DNA of 64,000 nucleotides from Centroscyllium fabricii (Eukaryota): NCBI GenBank assembly GCA_051313645.2, contig JBNRSN020000039.1, positions 5,890,001 to 5,954,000 of the forward strand, read 5' to 3'. Shown piece by piece: positions 1 to 11,910 of this stretch (position 1 is its first letter; each line of letters starts with the position of its first letter). The notes under the pieces were generated by a model. It saw only the letters and a program-made list of their open reading frames with translations, ran no database searches and was not told where the DNA came from. The position numbers and the translations under genes were made by a program.

Positions 1-240
1 TTATTACAGGAAGGAAGGAACGAAAGAAGAAAGAAAGGAAGAAAGATAGAAAGTAGTAAAGAGAGAAGGAAGGAAACGAAGGTAGAAAAAAAGAACGAGA
101 GAATGAGAGAAATAAATAAATAAATAATGACCGAAAGAACGAAGGAAGGAAGAATGTGAGTAAGATCGAAGGAAAGAAAGAAAGTAAGAAAACGAAAGAA
201 ATACGTAATGCAGGAAGGAAATAATGAAGGAAATAGGAAA

Positions 241-3050
241 GGACCGTGCTGGAGTCCTTCTTTGCAGCTCTATACATTCTCCAGTATGAAATTAGACATT
301 GTCCTGAGCTATAATCCTCCTGTACCCCTCTGCCCTTTTTCCAGTCTGAAATAGTACATTCTCCTGGGCTGACATCCTCTTGTGTCCCTCGACACATTCT
401 CCTGCCGCAAATTATTCATGCTCCTGGGCTGCAAACTTCCCGTGTCCGTATACACCTTTTCCAGTCTGAAATTCTACATTTGCCTGAGCTGGACTTCTCT
501 TTTCCACCTCTGCACATTCTCCAGTCAGAAATTGTGCATTGTTCGGGACTGGAATCGTCCTGTGCCGCTGTAGACTTTCTCCAGTCTGGAATTGATCATA
601 ATCCAGTAGGCCCATCTACAAATTGCCGAGTATGAAATTATATATTGGCCTCAGCTGGAATCCTCATCGGCCCCTTTACATTTTCTCCCATCTTAAATTG
701 TAGATGTTCTCTCCTGGGACACTCCTGTGCCCATCGACAATTTATCCAGCCTCAACTTGTCCATTGACTTGTGCTGGAATTATCCTGCGCCCCTCTTAAT
801 TTGCTGCAGTCCGAAATTGTACGTTGTCCTCGGCTGGAATCCTCCTGTGCCCCTTTACATTTTCTCCTGTCTTACTTGTAAATTGGCCTCGGCTAGAATT
901 TCCTGTGCACCTCTACATTTTCGCAATTCCGAAATTGTACAATGGCCTGGGCTGGCATCCTCTTGTGTCACTCTAGATTTTGTCCATAATGAAGTTGTAC
1001 ATTGGACTGAGCAACAATGTACTATGCCGCTCTAAACTTTCCCCAGCCTGACACTGTATATTGGCCGGTGCTGCAATTCACCCGAGCACATCTACAATAT
1101 CTCCAATCTAAAATTGTGCACTGGCCTGGGCTGGAATCATCCTGTATCCCGCTAAATTGTCTCCAGTCTCAAATTGTACCGTGGCCTGAGCTGGAATACT
1201 CCTACGTCCCTCAGAAACTTCTCCCATCCGTAATTGTGCATTCGCCTGGGCTGGAAACCTCCTGTGCCCCATTTCAATTCCTCCATTCTCAAATTGTTTA
1301 ATGGCCTGGGAGATAAACCTGTTCTGTGACTCTGGATTTGCTAAAGACTGAAATTGCACATTGTTCTCTGCTGGAAACAATTTGATATTTGCTGGTATTT
1401 TATCCAGTTCGAAATTGAACATTTTCCGGTGTTGGAATATGCCCCTGTCCCTCTATACTTTCTGCAGTCTGAAATTATACATTGGTCTGGGATGGTATAC
1501 TCCTGTAAACCTCGGCCCTTCCACCAGTCTGAATTTGTAATTTGGTATGTGCTGGAGTCCTCCTGTGCACCTCTAAACTTACTGCAGTCTGAAATTTACA
1601 TTGCCCTAGACTGTAATGCTCCATTTCACTCTACATTTTCTCCAGTCTGAAATTGTACATTGGCCTGTACGAAAATCGTCCTCTGCCCCTCTGCACTTTT
1701 TCCAGTATGAAATTGTACATTGTCCTGTACTTTAATCGTCCTGTGTCCCTCTGCACTTTTTCCAGTATGAAATTGTACATTGTCCTGTACAATATACGTC
1801 CTGTGCCCCTTTGCACTTTCTCCAGTCTGAAATTGTACATTGGCCTGGGCTGGAATTCTCCTGTGCTACTCTGAACCATCGCCAGGCTGAAATTGTACAT
1901 TGGCCTGTGCTGAAATCCTCCTGAGCCCCTTTGTACTTTCTCCAGTTTGAAATGGTATATTTGCTTGGCCTAGAATTCTCTTGTGCCACTCTGTACTTTC
2001 TCCACTTTGAAATTGTATATTTGCTTGGCCTAGATATCTCTTGTGCCACTCTGGATTTTCGCGAGACTGAAATTATATTTTTTCCCCGGCTGGCAAACTC
2101 CTGTGCTGCTCAAAACATTGTCCAGTCTGAAATTGTACATTGGCCTGTTCTGGAATTCTCCTTTGGCACTTAAATTGTTCTCCAGTCTGAAATTGTACAT
2201 CGGCCTGTGCTGTAATAATCCCGTGCGCCTCTACACTATCTCCAGTCTAAAGTTGTGCATTGCCTGAGCTGGATTCATACTGTTCAACTTTACATTTTCT
2301 GCAGTCTCAAATTGTACATTTGCCTGGGCTGGAATCCTCCTGCGTTAATCTGAACCTTCTCCCATTTGTAATTGTTCATTAGCCTGGGCTGGAATCCTCC
2401 TGTGCCCCACTTCAATGTCTCCATTATTAAATTGTATAATGGCCTGTGATGGAATACTCTTCTGCCACTCTGTTTTTTCTAAAGACTGACATTGCTCATT
2501 GTCCTGTGCTGGAGCAATCTTGTGACTTTCTAGAATGTATCCAGACTTAAATTGTACATTTTCCGGTGATGGAATTCTCCGCTGCCCCCCTATAATTTCT
2601 ACAGTCTGAAATTGTATATTGGTCTGTCCTGGAATCCTCCTGGACGTCACTAAACTATCACCATTGACTGTGCTGCAGGCATCCTGAGCCCCTCTCTACT
2701 TTCTCCACTCTAAAAGTGTATACTGGCTTTGGCTAAAATTCTCTTGTACCACTCTGGACTTTCTCCAGACTAAAATTTGACATTTTCCTTTGAAGGAGTC
2801 GTCCGCTGACCCTCTGTACCTTCTCTTTCCTCAGGTTGTATAATGTCCTGGTCTGGAAACCTCCTTGACACCTCTGCACTTGCTCCAGTTCTAAATTATA
2901 CACTTTCCAGAGCTGGAATACTCATGTGTCCATCTAAACTGTCTCCAGCTTCAAATTGTAAGTTGGCCTGGGCTGGAGCACTCCTGAGCCCCTCTACACT
3001 TACTGCAGTCTGAGCATGTACATAGGCCTAGGCTGAATTAATCCTATGCC
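241..3050. repeat. 60-bp minisatellite array, unit 1
   Basis: Consensus ttctccagtctgaaattgtacattggcctgggctggaatcctcctgtgcccctctacact; the 60-nt period is visible as vertical alignment between 60-nt lines. Confidence 0.95.
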
Positions 3051-3235
3051 TGTCGACCCTATCTCCATTTTTTTTGCTGACATCTCCTCCGTTATAATGG
3101 CCATTCTCTCGCTATCCTGGTTAATGTAGTTATTCAACCTTCCGTGTTTCATCACATTTCCTGCCTCCTGCTTCCAGGTAATCTTCAGCCTCCTGGAATC
3201 TTCATATTACTCATTTTTCTTAGTTTCTTGTTATT

Positions 3236-4140
3236 CAATTCAATTCAATTCAATTCAAGTTTTATTGTTATTGCAGAGTACTAGTACAATACAACGAGAC
3301 GAAGACTCGACACTCCCGAGAGTAGTGCAAACAAAACAAACAAACCACATAAATAAATTGCATACAGTAAAGTTCATTATCAGGCGTGCAGGTGCCGGAG
3401 TTTCTTTTTAGAGTTCAGGAGGCTGACAGCCCTGGGGAAGAAGCTGTTCTGAAATCTAGTTGTGCGGGTGCAAACTGCTCTGTAGCGTCTCCCGGAGGGC
3501 AGAGGGGCAAACAGACTGTGGCTGGGGTGTGTGGGGTCTTTTATAATGTTCATAGACCTCCGTAAGCAGCGTTTGAGGTAGATGCTTTCCACTGACGGTA
3601 GCTGTGTACCGGTAATTCGTTGGGCAGTTTTGACTACCCGCTGCAGGTTTTTCCGGTCCGAGATAGTGCAATTACCATACCAGACAGTGATGTAGCTTGT
3701 CAGTATGCTTTCTATTGTGCAGCGGTAGAAGTTGGAGAGGATGCCGGATGACAGCCTGGCTTTCTTCAGCTTCCTAAGGAAGTACAGGCGCTGTTGGGCC
3801 TTCTTAACCAGAGAGGAGGTGTTTAATGTTTAACCAGAGAGGAGGTGTTTAATGTTTAATGACCAGGAGAGATCTTCCAAGACCCCGAGGAACTTGAAGC
3901 TGGACACCCTTTCCACCTCAGCCCCTTGGATGAAGATGGGGGGGTGTCTTCTGCTTCCAGTCCTCCGGAAGTCCACTATGATCTCCTTCGTTTTCTTGGT
4001 GATCAGTGCCAGGTTGTTGTCGGCACACAAACCCACAAGGTGCTGGATCTCATCCCTGTAGGCTGACTCGTCGTTGTTGGTGATCTGGCCAACCACCGTG
4101 GTGTCATCCGCGAACTTGATGATCGTGTTGGAGCCATGGA
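3236..4140 (-). mobile_element. Rex1/Babar-type LINE, 5'-truncated RT fragment
   Basis: Encodes IIKFADDTTVVG, VERVSSFKFLGV and LPSGRRYR..RTTRFQNSFFPRAV; (TTGAA)n tail seen as (aattc)n at 3236-3258. Confidence 0.88.
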
Positions 4141-4406
4141 TACTCAATTCTCCTGTCTGTGGTTATAAAACTTCCTTCATTTTACTTAATACTCAAACAC
4201 TTCGTCTTCATTATGAACACGGCCCACCCCATAGGTTATTATACAGAATCACAGGGAAGTTACTCAAACAAAACGAAAATTGAACCCACCGTGCATGCTG
4301 TTCATTTTAGTCCTCTATGACAGTGCAACTAATCCCCTGTGCCGCCGCCCCCCCCCCCCGTTCCAATTTCAGATATCCTAAGCAGAAAGCTATTTACCTG
4401 TTTTTG

Positions 4407-4857
4407 NNNNNNNNNNNNNNNNNNNNNNNNNNNNNNNNNNNNNNNNNNNNNNNNNNNNNNNNNNNNNNNNNNNNNNNNNNNNNNNNNNNNNNNNNNNNNN
4501 NNNNNNNNNNNNNNNNNNNNNNNNNNNNNNNNNNNNNNNNNNNNNNNNNNNNNNNNNNNNNNNNNNNNNNNNNNNNNNNNNNNNNNNNNNNNNNNNNNNN
4601 NNNNNNNNNNNNNNNNNNNNNNNNNNNNNNNNNNNNNNNNNNNNNNNNNNNNNNNNNNNNNNNNNNNNNNNNNNNNNNNNNNNNNNNNNNNNNNNNNNNN
4701 NNNNNNNNNNNNNNNNNNNNNNNNNNNNNNNNNNNNNNNNNNNNNNNNNNNNNNNNNNNNNNNNNNNNNNNNNNNNNNNNNNNNNNNNNNNNNNNNNNNN
4801 NNNNNNNNNNNNNNNNNNNNNNNNNNNNNNNNNNNNNNNNNNNNNNNNNNNNNNNNN
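4407..4857. other. Assembly gap (N run)
   Basis: Run of n. Confidence 1.
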
Positions 4858-4879
4858 AATGAAGGAACAATGAAAGGCC

Positions 4880-6800
4880 CCGACTGGAATCCTCCTGTGC
4901 CTCTCTAGCCATTTTCCAGTCTGAAATTGTATATTGTCCTGGGCTGAAATCTTTCTGTACACCCCAACACTTTCGTCAGTCAAAAATTGTGCATTGGCCT
5001 GGGCTGGCATCATCCTGTGCCCGTCCACACTTTATCCAGTCTGCAATTATACATTGACCTGGACTGGATTTCTCCTGTGTCCGTCCACACTTTATCCAGT
5101 CTGAAATTGAACATTGACCTGGAATGGATTTCTCCTGTGCCCCTATATACTTTATTCAGTCTTACATTGTACATTGGTCTTTGCTGGTATACGCCTGTGC
5201 CCATTTTCAATGTCTACCGTCTTAATTGTACATTGGCCTGGGCTGCATTCCTTCAGTACAACTCTACACTTGATCCAGTCTGAAATTTGACGTGGTACTG
5301 GTGTCGAATAATCCTGTGCCACTTTGCACGTTCACCAGTCCGTAATCCTGCATTAGCCTGTGCTGGATTCGTCCTGTGCCTCTCTACACATTCTCAATTC
5401 TAGCATTGTATATTCGCATGTTCTAAAATCTTGCAGTGCAACACCCGACTTTCTCCAGTCAGAAATTGTACATTTGCCTGTGCTAGAAACTTCTTATGCC
5501 TCTCGGGAATTTCTCAAATCTGAAATTGTACATTTTCCAGTGATGGAATCCTCCGCTGACCCTCCACACATTCTCCTGCCTGAAAGTGGACATTAACCTC
5601 GGCTGGAAACTTTCTGTGCCCCTCTAAACTTTCGCCCGGCTGAAATTGTACTTTGGCCTAGGCTGCAGTCCTCCTGATCACTTCTAAACCTCCTCCAGTC
5701 CGAAATTGTAAATCTGTGCAGCTCTAAACTTTCTCCACTGTGAATAGGTATATTGTGCTCGGCTGGAGTCATCCGGTGCAGGTCAACACTTTCTCCAGTC
5801 TGTAATTGTACACTGTCCTGGGCTGGAATCGTCCTGTGCAGCTCTACACTTTCTCCAGTCTGTAATTGTACATTGTCCTGGGCTGGAATCCTCATGTGCA
5901 GCTCTACACTTTCTGCAGTCTGAAATTGTACGTTGGCCTGGGCTGGAATCCTCCTGGTCACGTCTGCACCTTCTCCAGTCCGAGATTGTATATCGGCCTG
6001 GGCTGGAATCCTTTTGTGCAGCTCTAAAATTTCTGCAGTCAGAATAGGTACATTGTCCGGGGCTGGAATAATCCTGTGCAGCTCGACACATTCTCCAGTC
6101 TGTAATTGTACATTGTCCTGGGCTGGAAACCTCATGTGCAACTCTCAATTTTTTCCCGGCTGAAATTGTTCTTTGGCCTAAGCTGGTGTCCTCCTGATCA
6201 CTTCTACGCATTCTCCAGTCCGAAATTGTATATCGCCCTGGGCTGGAATCCATCTGTGCAGCTCTAAACTTTCTCTAGTCTGAAATTGAGCATTGTCCGG
6301 GGCTGGAATCGTCCTGTGCAGCTCTAAACTTTCTCCAGTCTGTAGTATACATTGTCCTGGGCTGGAATCCTCCTGTGCAGCTCTAAACTTTCTCCAGTCT
6401 GAAATTGTACATTGTCCTCGGCTGGAATCCCCCTGCGCACATCTACACATTCTCCAGTCTGAAAGTGTACCTTGTCCTGGGCTGGAATCCTCCTGTGCAG
6501 CACTGCAATTTCTACAGTCTGAAATTGTACATTGCCCAGGCTGGAGTCCTCCGGTCCCCCTCTTTACATAAAGCAGTCTGAAGGAATGCACTGTCCTCCC
6601 GTGGAATTCAGCTTTACCGCTCCCCACTTTCACATATCTGAAAGTATACATTGAGCCCCTGTAACATTTCTCCTGTATGAAATTGCAAATTGGTCTGGGC
6701 GTGATTCCTCCTGTGCCAATCTGCAGTTTATCCAGTCTTGAGCTGTTAATTGGCCTTGGCTGCAATCGTCACGTGCCCCTCTACACGTTCTCCAGTCTAG
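4880..6800. repeat. 60-bp minisatellite array, unit 2
   Basis: Same consensus; 5780-6500 is a more homogeneous gtgcagctcta sub-block. Confidence 0.95.
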
Positions 6801-6832
6801 GATTATTGACCAACCCCGGCGCTTGTACTCAC

Positions 6833-6886
6833 TTCTTCGAAGACAGATCAGTGTGAGCACAAGTAAAGCTGTCTTCATCGTGGATC
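6833..6886 (-). pseudogene. Signal-peptide-like exon of the macro-repeat unit (MKTALLVLTLICLRR)
   Basis: caacag acceptor, 8-nt leader, ATG at 6878, 46 coding nt, then GTGAGT. Read-through is in frame with the DWRxCRGA.. reading of the array (ORF 6630-6956). Confidence 0.45.
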
Positions 6887-7476
6887 CTGTTGAATGATAC
6901 CCTCGGCATGGTTTCTGTGTACGCACTAGTTCAGCTTTAGTAATATTTGTCTGCACCTAATTTCTTAACAATTAACCAATTCTGCTCAATTGCTAATCAT
7001 TACTTTGCTTACCGTCAGAACCTGCCCTTGACTTTTGCTCCTTGCTCTGTATATTCCTTATTCGTCAGGATACTGCATCCTCCCGGCTGTTGTCTATCTA
7101 ACCCCCTGCGCATGAACACGTATCTGAGAAGACTCCTCTAAGCAAAACCTACAACGTTGAATATTCCTAGTCCCCGCGTCTCTGAGCAGTGTGAAATCAG
7201 AGCATACTGTGTTATTGCTGCCTAGAGCATGGATTCGAACCGTGACTACCACTTCCTCCTCCGCCCTAAAGTCGCTCTTACTCTGCTATATTCATAACAT
7301 TCACCCTTTTCTGGTTTTGCTGACATGTCTTCTCTTATAATGGCCATTCCCTTGGAATCCCTGTTAATGGGATTATTCATCATTCTGTGTTTAAACAATT
7401 TCTCTCCTCCTGCCTCCATGTACAAATGCAAGAAGTAACACAACACCAGATTATAGTCCAACAGTTTTATTTTAAA

Positions 7477-7514
7477 TCACAAGCTTTCGGAGCTTTTGCC
7501 CCTTCTTCAGGTGA
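7477..7514 (-). ncRNA. Minimal type-I hammerhead ribozyme-like motif
   Basis: UCAC-CUGAAGA-A-GGGGC AAAA GCUCC-GAAA-GCUU-GUGA: core boxes present, stem II, stem I ucac/guga, palindromic stem III. Confidence 0.55.
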
Positions 7515-7614
7515 AAGAGAGAGACTGACTTATATAACGCACATATGGGAGGAAGGGAGAAATCCGATCGCTCCCACATCTCGCATATGTGCGTTCTTTT
7601 AGTCAGTCTCTCTT

Positions 7615-7652
7615 TCACCTGACGAAGGGGTAAAAGCTCCGAAAGCTTTTGA
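7615..7652 (+). ncRNA. Second hammerhead-like motif, more degenerate
   Basis: UCAC-CUGACGA-A-GGGGUAAAAGCUCC-GAAA-GCUU-UUGA; one mismatch in stem I. Confidence 0.4.
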
Positions 7653-7957
7653 TTTAAAATAAAACTGTTGGACTATAATCTGGTGTTGTGTGACATCTTG
7701 CATTTGTCCACCCCAGTCCAACACCGGCACCTCCACGTCATTCCTCCTTGTAGACCTCGGACTCCTGGGATATTTGTATTATTACCTAATCTTGGTTTAT
7801 TTTCTTACTCAATTGTCCTGTCTCTGGATATGAAAGTTATTTCATCTTCATGTTGCTCACCCTCGTCGCTTTCATTATGACCCCCACCCACCCCATAGGA
7901 TATTCCACAGAATCACAGGAAAATTGCTCAAACGAGAAAGAAAATTGAACCCACAGT

Positions 7958-10900
7958 CTTCTTCTTCTTTTGTGTATCGTCATTTTCATATGTCCAGCTC
8001 CGTGTCGTGCAGCCACACCCTCGTCTCAGGTCCCACTCGGAAGAGGCCCTCCTCCGAAGGTGGTCTATGCAGGGGACAGGCGGTGGTAATGTGGTCGGCA
8101 GTCTGCTCCAGCTCCCCGCACTCACACGCCGCGCTGTCTGTCAGGCCCCACCTCTTCATGGAGGCCTTGAAGCAGCCGACCCCGGTGCGTAGGCGGTTCA
8201 GGAGTGTCCATTGCCGGCGGGGTAGGTCCTCTCCCTCAACGCCATCTCCAGGATCCCGGATGTATTGGTGCAGGCGTGTAGGTCCTGCCGACTCCCACTC
8301 TTGCTTCCAGGCTACCGCCAGCCAGGCTTTCATTGTCCAGTCCTCCGGAGTAGAAACAAGCATCTCCCGTGCCGCCTTGCTGTATGGGTGGCGGGACTTG
8401 AGCCTGCATGGAGGTGCTGCCTTGGTTATGTTATCATGGAGGAGGTGCCAGTCGTGTTCCTGTGCTTTCCTTGCCAGGGCGAGGGTAGCAGCCTCTCGCC
8501 GTAGGCCGGCTGGTGCAATTCCTGCTAGGACTGGCAGGTAGAACACGGGAGTGGGTTTCAGGCAGCCAGTTATTATCCGGAGAGCATTGTTAATGGCCAC
8601 ATCTACCTTCTTGGCATGCGGGCTTCTGCTCCAGGTTGGGGCACAGTACTCTGCTGCAGAGAAGACAAGGGCTTGAGTGGAGATACGTAGTACCTTAGCA
8701 GAGGCACACCAGGTCGTACCAGCAAGGCGACAGATAAGTGAGACCCTTGATGTTACTTTGGCCCTTACTTCCTCGAGGTGTTGTTTGTAGGACAGCGTCC
8801 TGTCCAGGCGTACGCCAAGGTACTTTGGCGCCTGCTGGAACTCCAGGTGTTTGTTGTCCACAGAGACCTTCAACTCCCTTTTTGCTTCCCTGTTGCAGAG
8901 ATGGAATGCTGCCGACACTGTCTTCCCGGTACTGAGCTGCAGGTGCCACCTGCGAAGGTAGGCAGTCAGGATGCCCATATCCTGGTTAAGGCCCTCTTCC
9001 ACCGCCTTCCACGTTGGTTGTTGCAGCATAATGGCTAGGTCGTCCGCGTACCCGTACCTTCTGGATGTTGTCACCGGTATGTCAAAGATGTATATATTGA
9101 ATAGCATCGGTGAGAGGACAGACCCTTGCGGGACCCCGTTTCTCAGCCTTCTGAGCCAGCTACGCTGGCCATTGCTGGTCTGAAGGATGAAGCTACGGTT
9201 TGACAGCATCTCCATACTGAAGTTGACCATATGCCGGTCTGGGATGGTTCTCAGCAGCTTCAAGTGGAGTCTGCGGTGCCAGACAGTGTCATAGGCGGCG
9301 GTCAGGTCCATTAGAACAACCCCAGCTTTTTCATTGGCCTGGAAACTGTCCTCGAGATCTTGTGTGAGTAGGGTTACCTGGTCCACTGTTGACCTGCCCC
9401 GCCGGAAACCAGCCTGTTCCCTCGGTAGCTGTGGGTCGACTACTGGCTCAATGCGGCTGTGAATCATCCTTTCCAGAATCTTTAAAGGGACACAGAGCAG
9501 CGAGATTGGTCTATAGGCCTTGGGGTCATCCGCAGGTTTGTTGGGTTTCAACAGGGCTATGATAGCAGCCCGTCGCCAGGTCCTTGGGAGCTTGGACCTC
9601 CGGAGGCATGCAGAGAAGAACGCGCACAGCCAGGCAGATATTGTTTCGCTCTGGTGGATCACAAACTCTGGGTGGATGTTGTCGTGGCCTGGTGCCTTGC
9701 CTTGCTTAAGTTTGGATAAGGCATCCCTAAGCTCAGCTGATGTAAAGTCTCCTGACAGGTTGGCATTGGCACTGGCTGCTCTGGAGAGAGCGGATACCTC
9801 GCGTGCTATCAGGCGGGCAAAGTCCTTATCTGCCTCTGGGAAGTGGCCATTTTTCAGGAGCTCGGCTGCGATGGCATTTGCTGTCACCGGGCACTTGGGA
9901 GGCTTCGTGTTTCTGCCTGAGAGCCGGTTGATGGTCTGCCACGCCTTGCGGCTGGAGTGGGTGAAGTCAATCGACTCGACGACCTCCGTCCATCTGGCCC
10001 TGCGGGTGGCATCCAGCCTCTCAACTAGTGTCGTTGCCGTTGCATCCACTTCCACTCTTGAAATAGCCTGTTGGTGGGCCACAACAGGTGGTTACACTCT
10101 TCATCCCAACCTGGGATGTAGTTCGCGTTGTAGCCTCGTGGGATTGATTTTTTCGCTGCCCCTATCAGCACTTCACAGTAGGCTGCATATGCGGCATCTA
10201 CATCAGGGCTGTCTGGGTCCGGAATACTGGCAGATGCTCTCTCTGTCTCGGCAGAAAATACATGCCAGTTGGCCTTCCGGAAGTTCCATCTTCTGACAGG
10301 TTTCCCCGCGACCGGCTGCACCAGTGATGGGATTCCGATGACGGACGGTCGGTGGTGTGATCGGGGGAACCTGTCAATGACCCTTCTCTCTGGCAGCGGG
10401 TCATTACTGTGGAACACAGCAAAGGCAAGGTCTGGGTTGGTGAAGGTGTTCCATCTGGAGGAGTAGAAGCTTGGTGGCTCTTTGGGGTCAAACAGGAGCT
10501 GGGCATTGGCGTTGGAGGCCCAATCACTCAGCGTCTCACCGTCCTGTGTTGTGTGGGTGTATCCCCAGTCGGTGTGCTGGCAGTTGAAATCCCCGGCGTA
10601 GATGGCGGGTGCCGGGGCAATCGGGAGGGCTGATGTGGACAGTACCGATGGTGGGGGCTTGTACACGTTCACAACCGTTGTTGTCTGTATTCTTGTGGAC
10701 AGCCACTCAACACCAGAGCCCGGTGGAGATTGACCAGTGGCTGACCAACTGAGGTCAGACCTAACAAAGGTTGCCATCCCATGCTGCCTACTGAGGATGG
10801 ACCCGGCGAGGTGGAACCCGGGCAATCCGAGGATGTCTCCTTTTCCACAGTGTGTCTCCTGAAGGAGGACGGCTGCAACTTCGTGGGAGTCGGCGAGGTG

Positions 10901-11078
10901 GCGTACAATGTCCAGTTTGGCGGTGGTGAGGCCCTCGACATTTAGCTGAAGCACTGACAGACCCTGACACTCGATGATCGGGATGGCCGCCCGCCCCGAC
11001 GTGAGCTTGCGTCCCCCCGACCTCCTGCGCCCTGGTCTGACAGCGTGAGCGTGACGATTTGTTGGCGACATTCGTTTC
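7958..11078 (-). mobile_element. Near full-length Vingi/Ingi-type non-LTR retrotransposon (APE + RT + zinc finger), one frameshift
   Basis: ORF 11071-10025 has APE motifs (QLNVEGL, LLQETH, AGDFN, SHHRP). ORF 10082-7986 has RT motifs (GVPQGSVLSP, YADD, YLGV) and a C-terminal CECG..H....C finger, with no RNase H. About 3.1 kb, (GAA)n tail, frameshift near 10080. Confidence 0.85.
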
Positions 11079-11209
11079 GTGAGTTCTGCTCATTATTCTA
11101 CACTTTATCAATAGAAATGATCAAATGCCACCCCCCCCGCCCGCCTGTTCCCAAGTCAGATATCTTAATATGAAAGCCATTCCCTGTTTTTTGTAAAAGC
11201 GGATTCTAT

Positions 11210-11910
11210 ATAAATAAAGAATAAAAATATATAGAAAGAATGAATGAAAAACGGAATGAATGAAAGAAGGAGCATTTAGAAAGGAAGAAAAAGGAAAGGG
11301 AAAAAGAAACAGAACAAGCAAGAATGGAAACAGGCAAGAAAGAAAGAAAGGAAATAAGAAATAACGATTGAAAGTAAGATGGAAAAGAACAAAGTAAAGA
11401 CAGAAGGAAATAAATAAGAAAGGCAGTGAGGAATGAATGCAGGGAGGAAAGAGCGAAAGAAGTAAGAAAGGAAGAATGAAATAAAGTAGCAAATAGAGAA
11501 GGAATGAAAGGANNNNNNNNNNNNNNNNNNNNNNNNNNNNNNNNNNNNNNNNNNNNNNNNNNNNNNNNNNNNNNNNNNNNNNNNNNNNNNNNNNNNNNNN
11601 NNNNNNNNNNNNNNNNNNNNNNNNNNNNNNNNNNNNNNNNNNNNNNNNNNNNNNNNNNNNNNNNNNNNNNNNNNNNNNNNNNNNNNNNNNNNNNNNNNNN
11701 NNNNNNNNNNNNNNNNNNNNNNNNNNNNNNNNNNNNNNNNNNNNNNNNNNNNNNNNNNNNNNNNNNNNNNNNNNNNNNNNNNNNNNNNNNNNNNNNNNNN
11801 NNNNNNNNNNNNNNNNNNNNNNNNNNNNNNNNNNNNNNNNNNNNNNNNNNNNNNNNNNNNNNNNNNNNNNNNNTAAGTTATGAAGGAAGGAATGAAGGAA
11901 AAAAGAAAGG
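11210..11910. repeat. GA-rich polypurine tract (contains N gap 11513-11873)
   Basis: Degenerate (GAAA/GGAA)n; equivalent tracts at 1-240, 14650-15125, 18130-18545, 20850-21205, 27045-28190 and 33090-33450. Confidence 0.9.

Larger units (their letters stand above)
7423..7742. mobile_element. Penelope-like element remnant forming a long palindrome
   Basis: Arms of about 110 bp (about 7422-7530 and 7601-7708) are reverse complements. The end ..gttggactataatctggtgttgtg..ccccagtccaacaccggca resembles shark Penelope termini. Probable TSD cctccatgta/cctccttgta (7413-7422, 7743-7752). Confidence 0.75.

Noticed and set aside
382-2267. Plus-strand ORFs (LKLYIGLGWNPPVPLYTFSS) as an LRR protein
   Set aside because: The 20-aa period lacks a proper LxxLxLxxN motif; the ORFs arise because the consensus has no stops in that frame.
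4317-5028. Long ORFs spanning N runs (also 11121-12473 and 33453-34014)
   Set aside because: They are artefacts of assembly gaps.
241-6800. CRISPR-like reading of the 60-bp periodicity
   Set aside because: The whole monomer is homologous with no unique spacers, there are no cas genes, and the DNA is vertebrate.
6833-6878. Immunoglobulin leader exon of a shark Ig cluster
   Set aside because: The 46-nt phase-1 length fits, but no V-domain exon or complete RSS was seen; cacagtg near 26917 lacks a nonamer.
6833-6886. SCPP-family signal exon
   Set aside because: SCPP introns are phase 0, whereas this donor is phase 1; no SxE-rich exons were seen.
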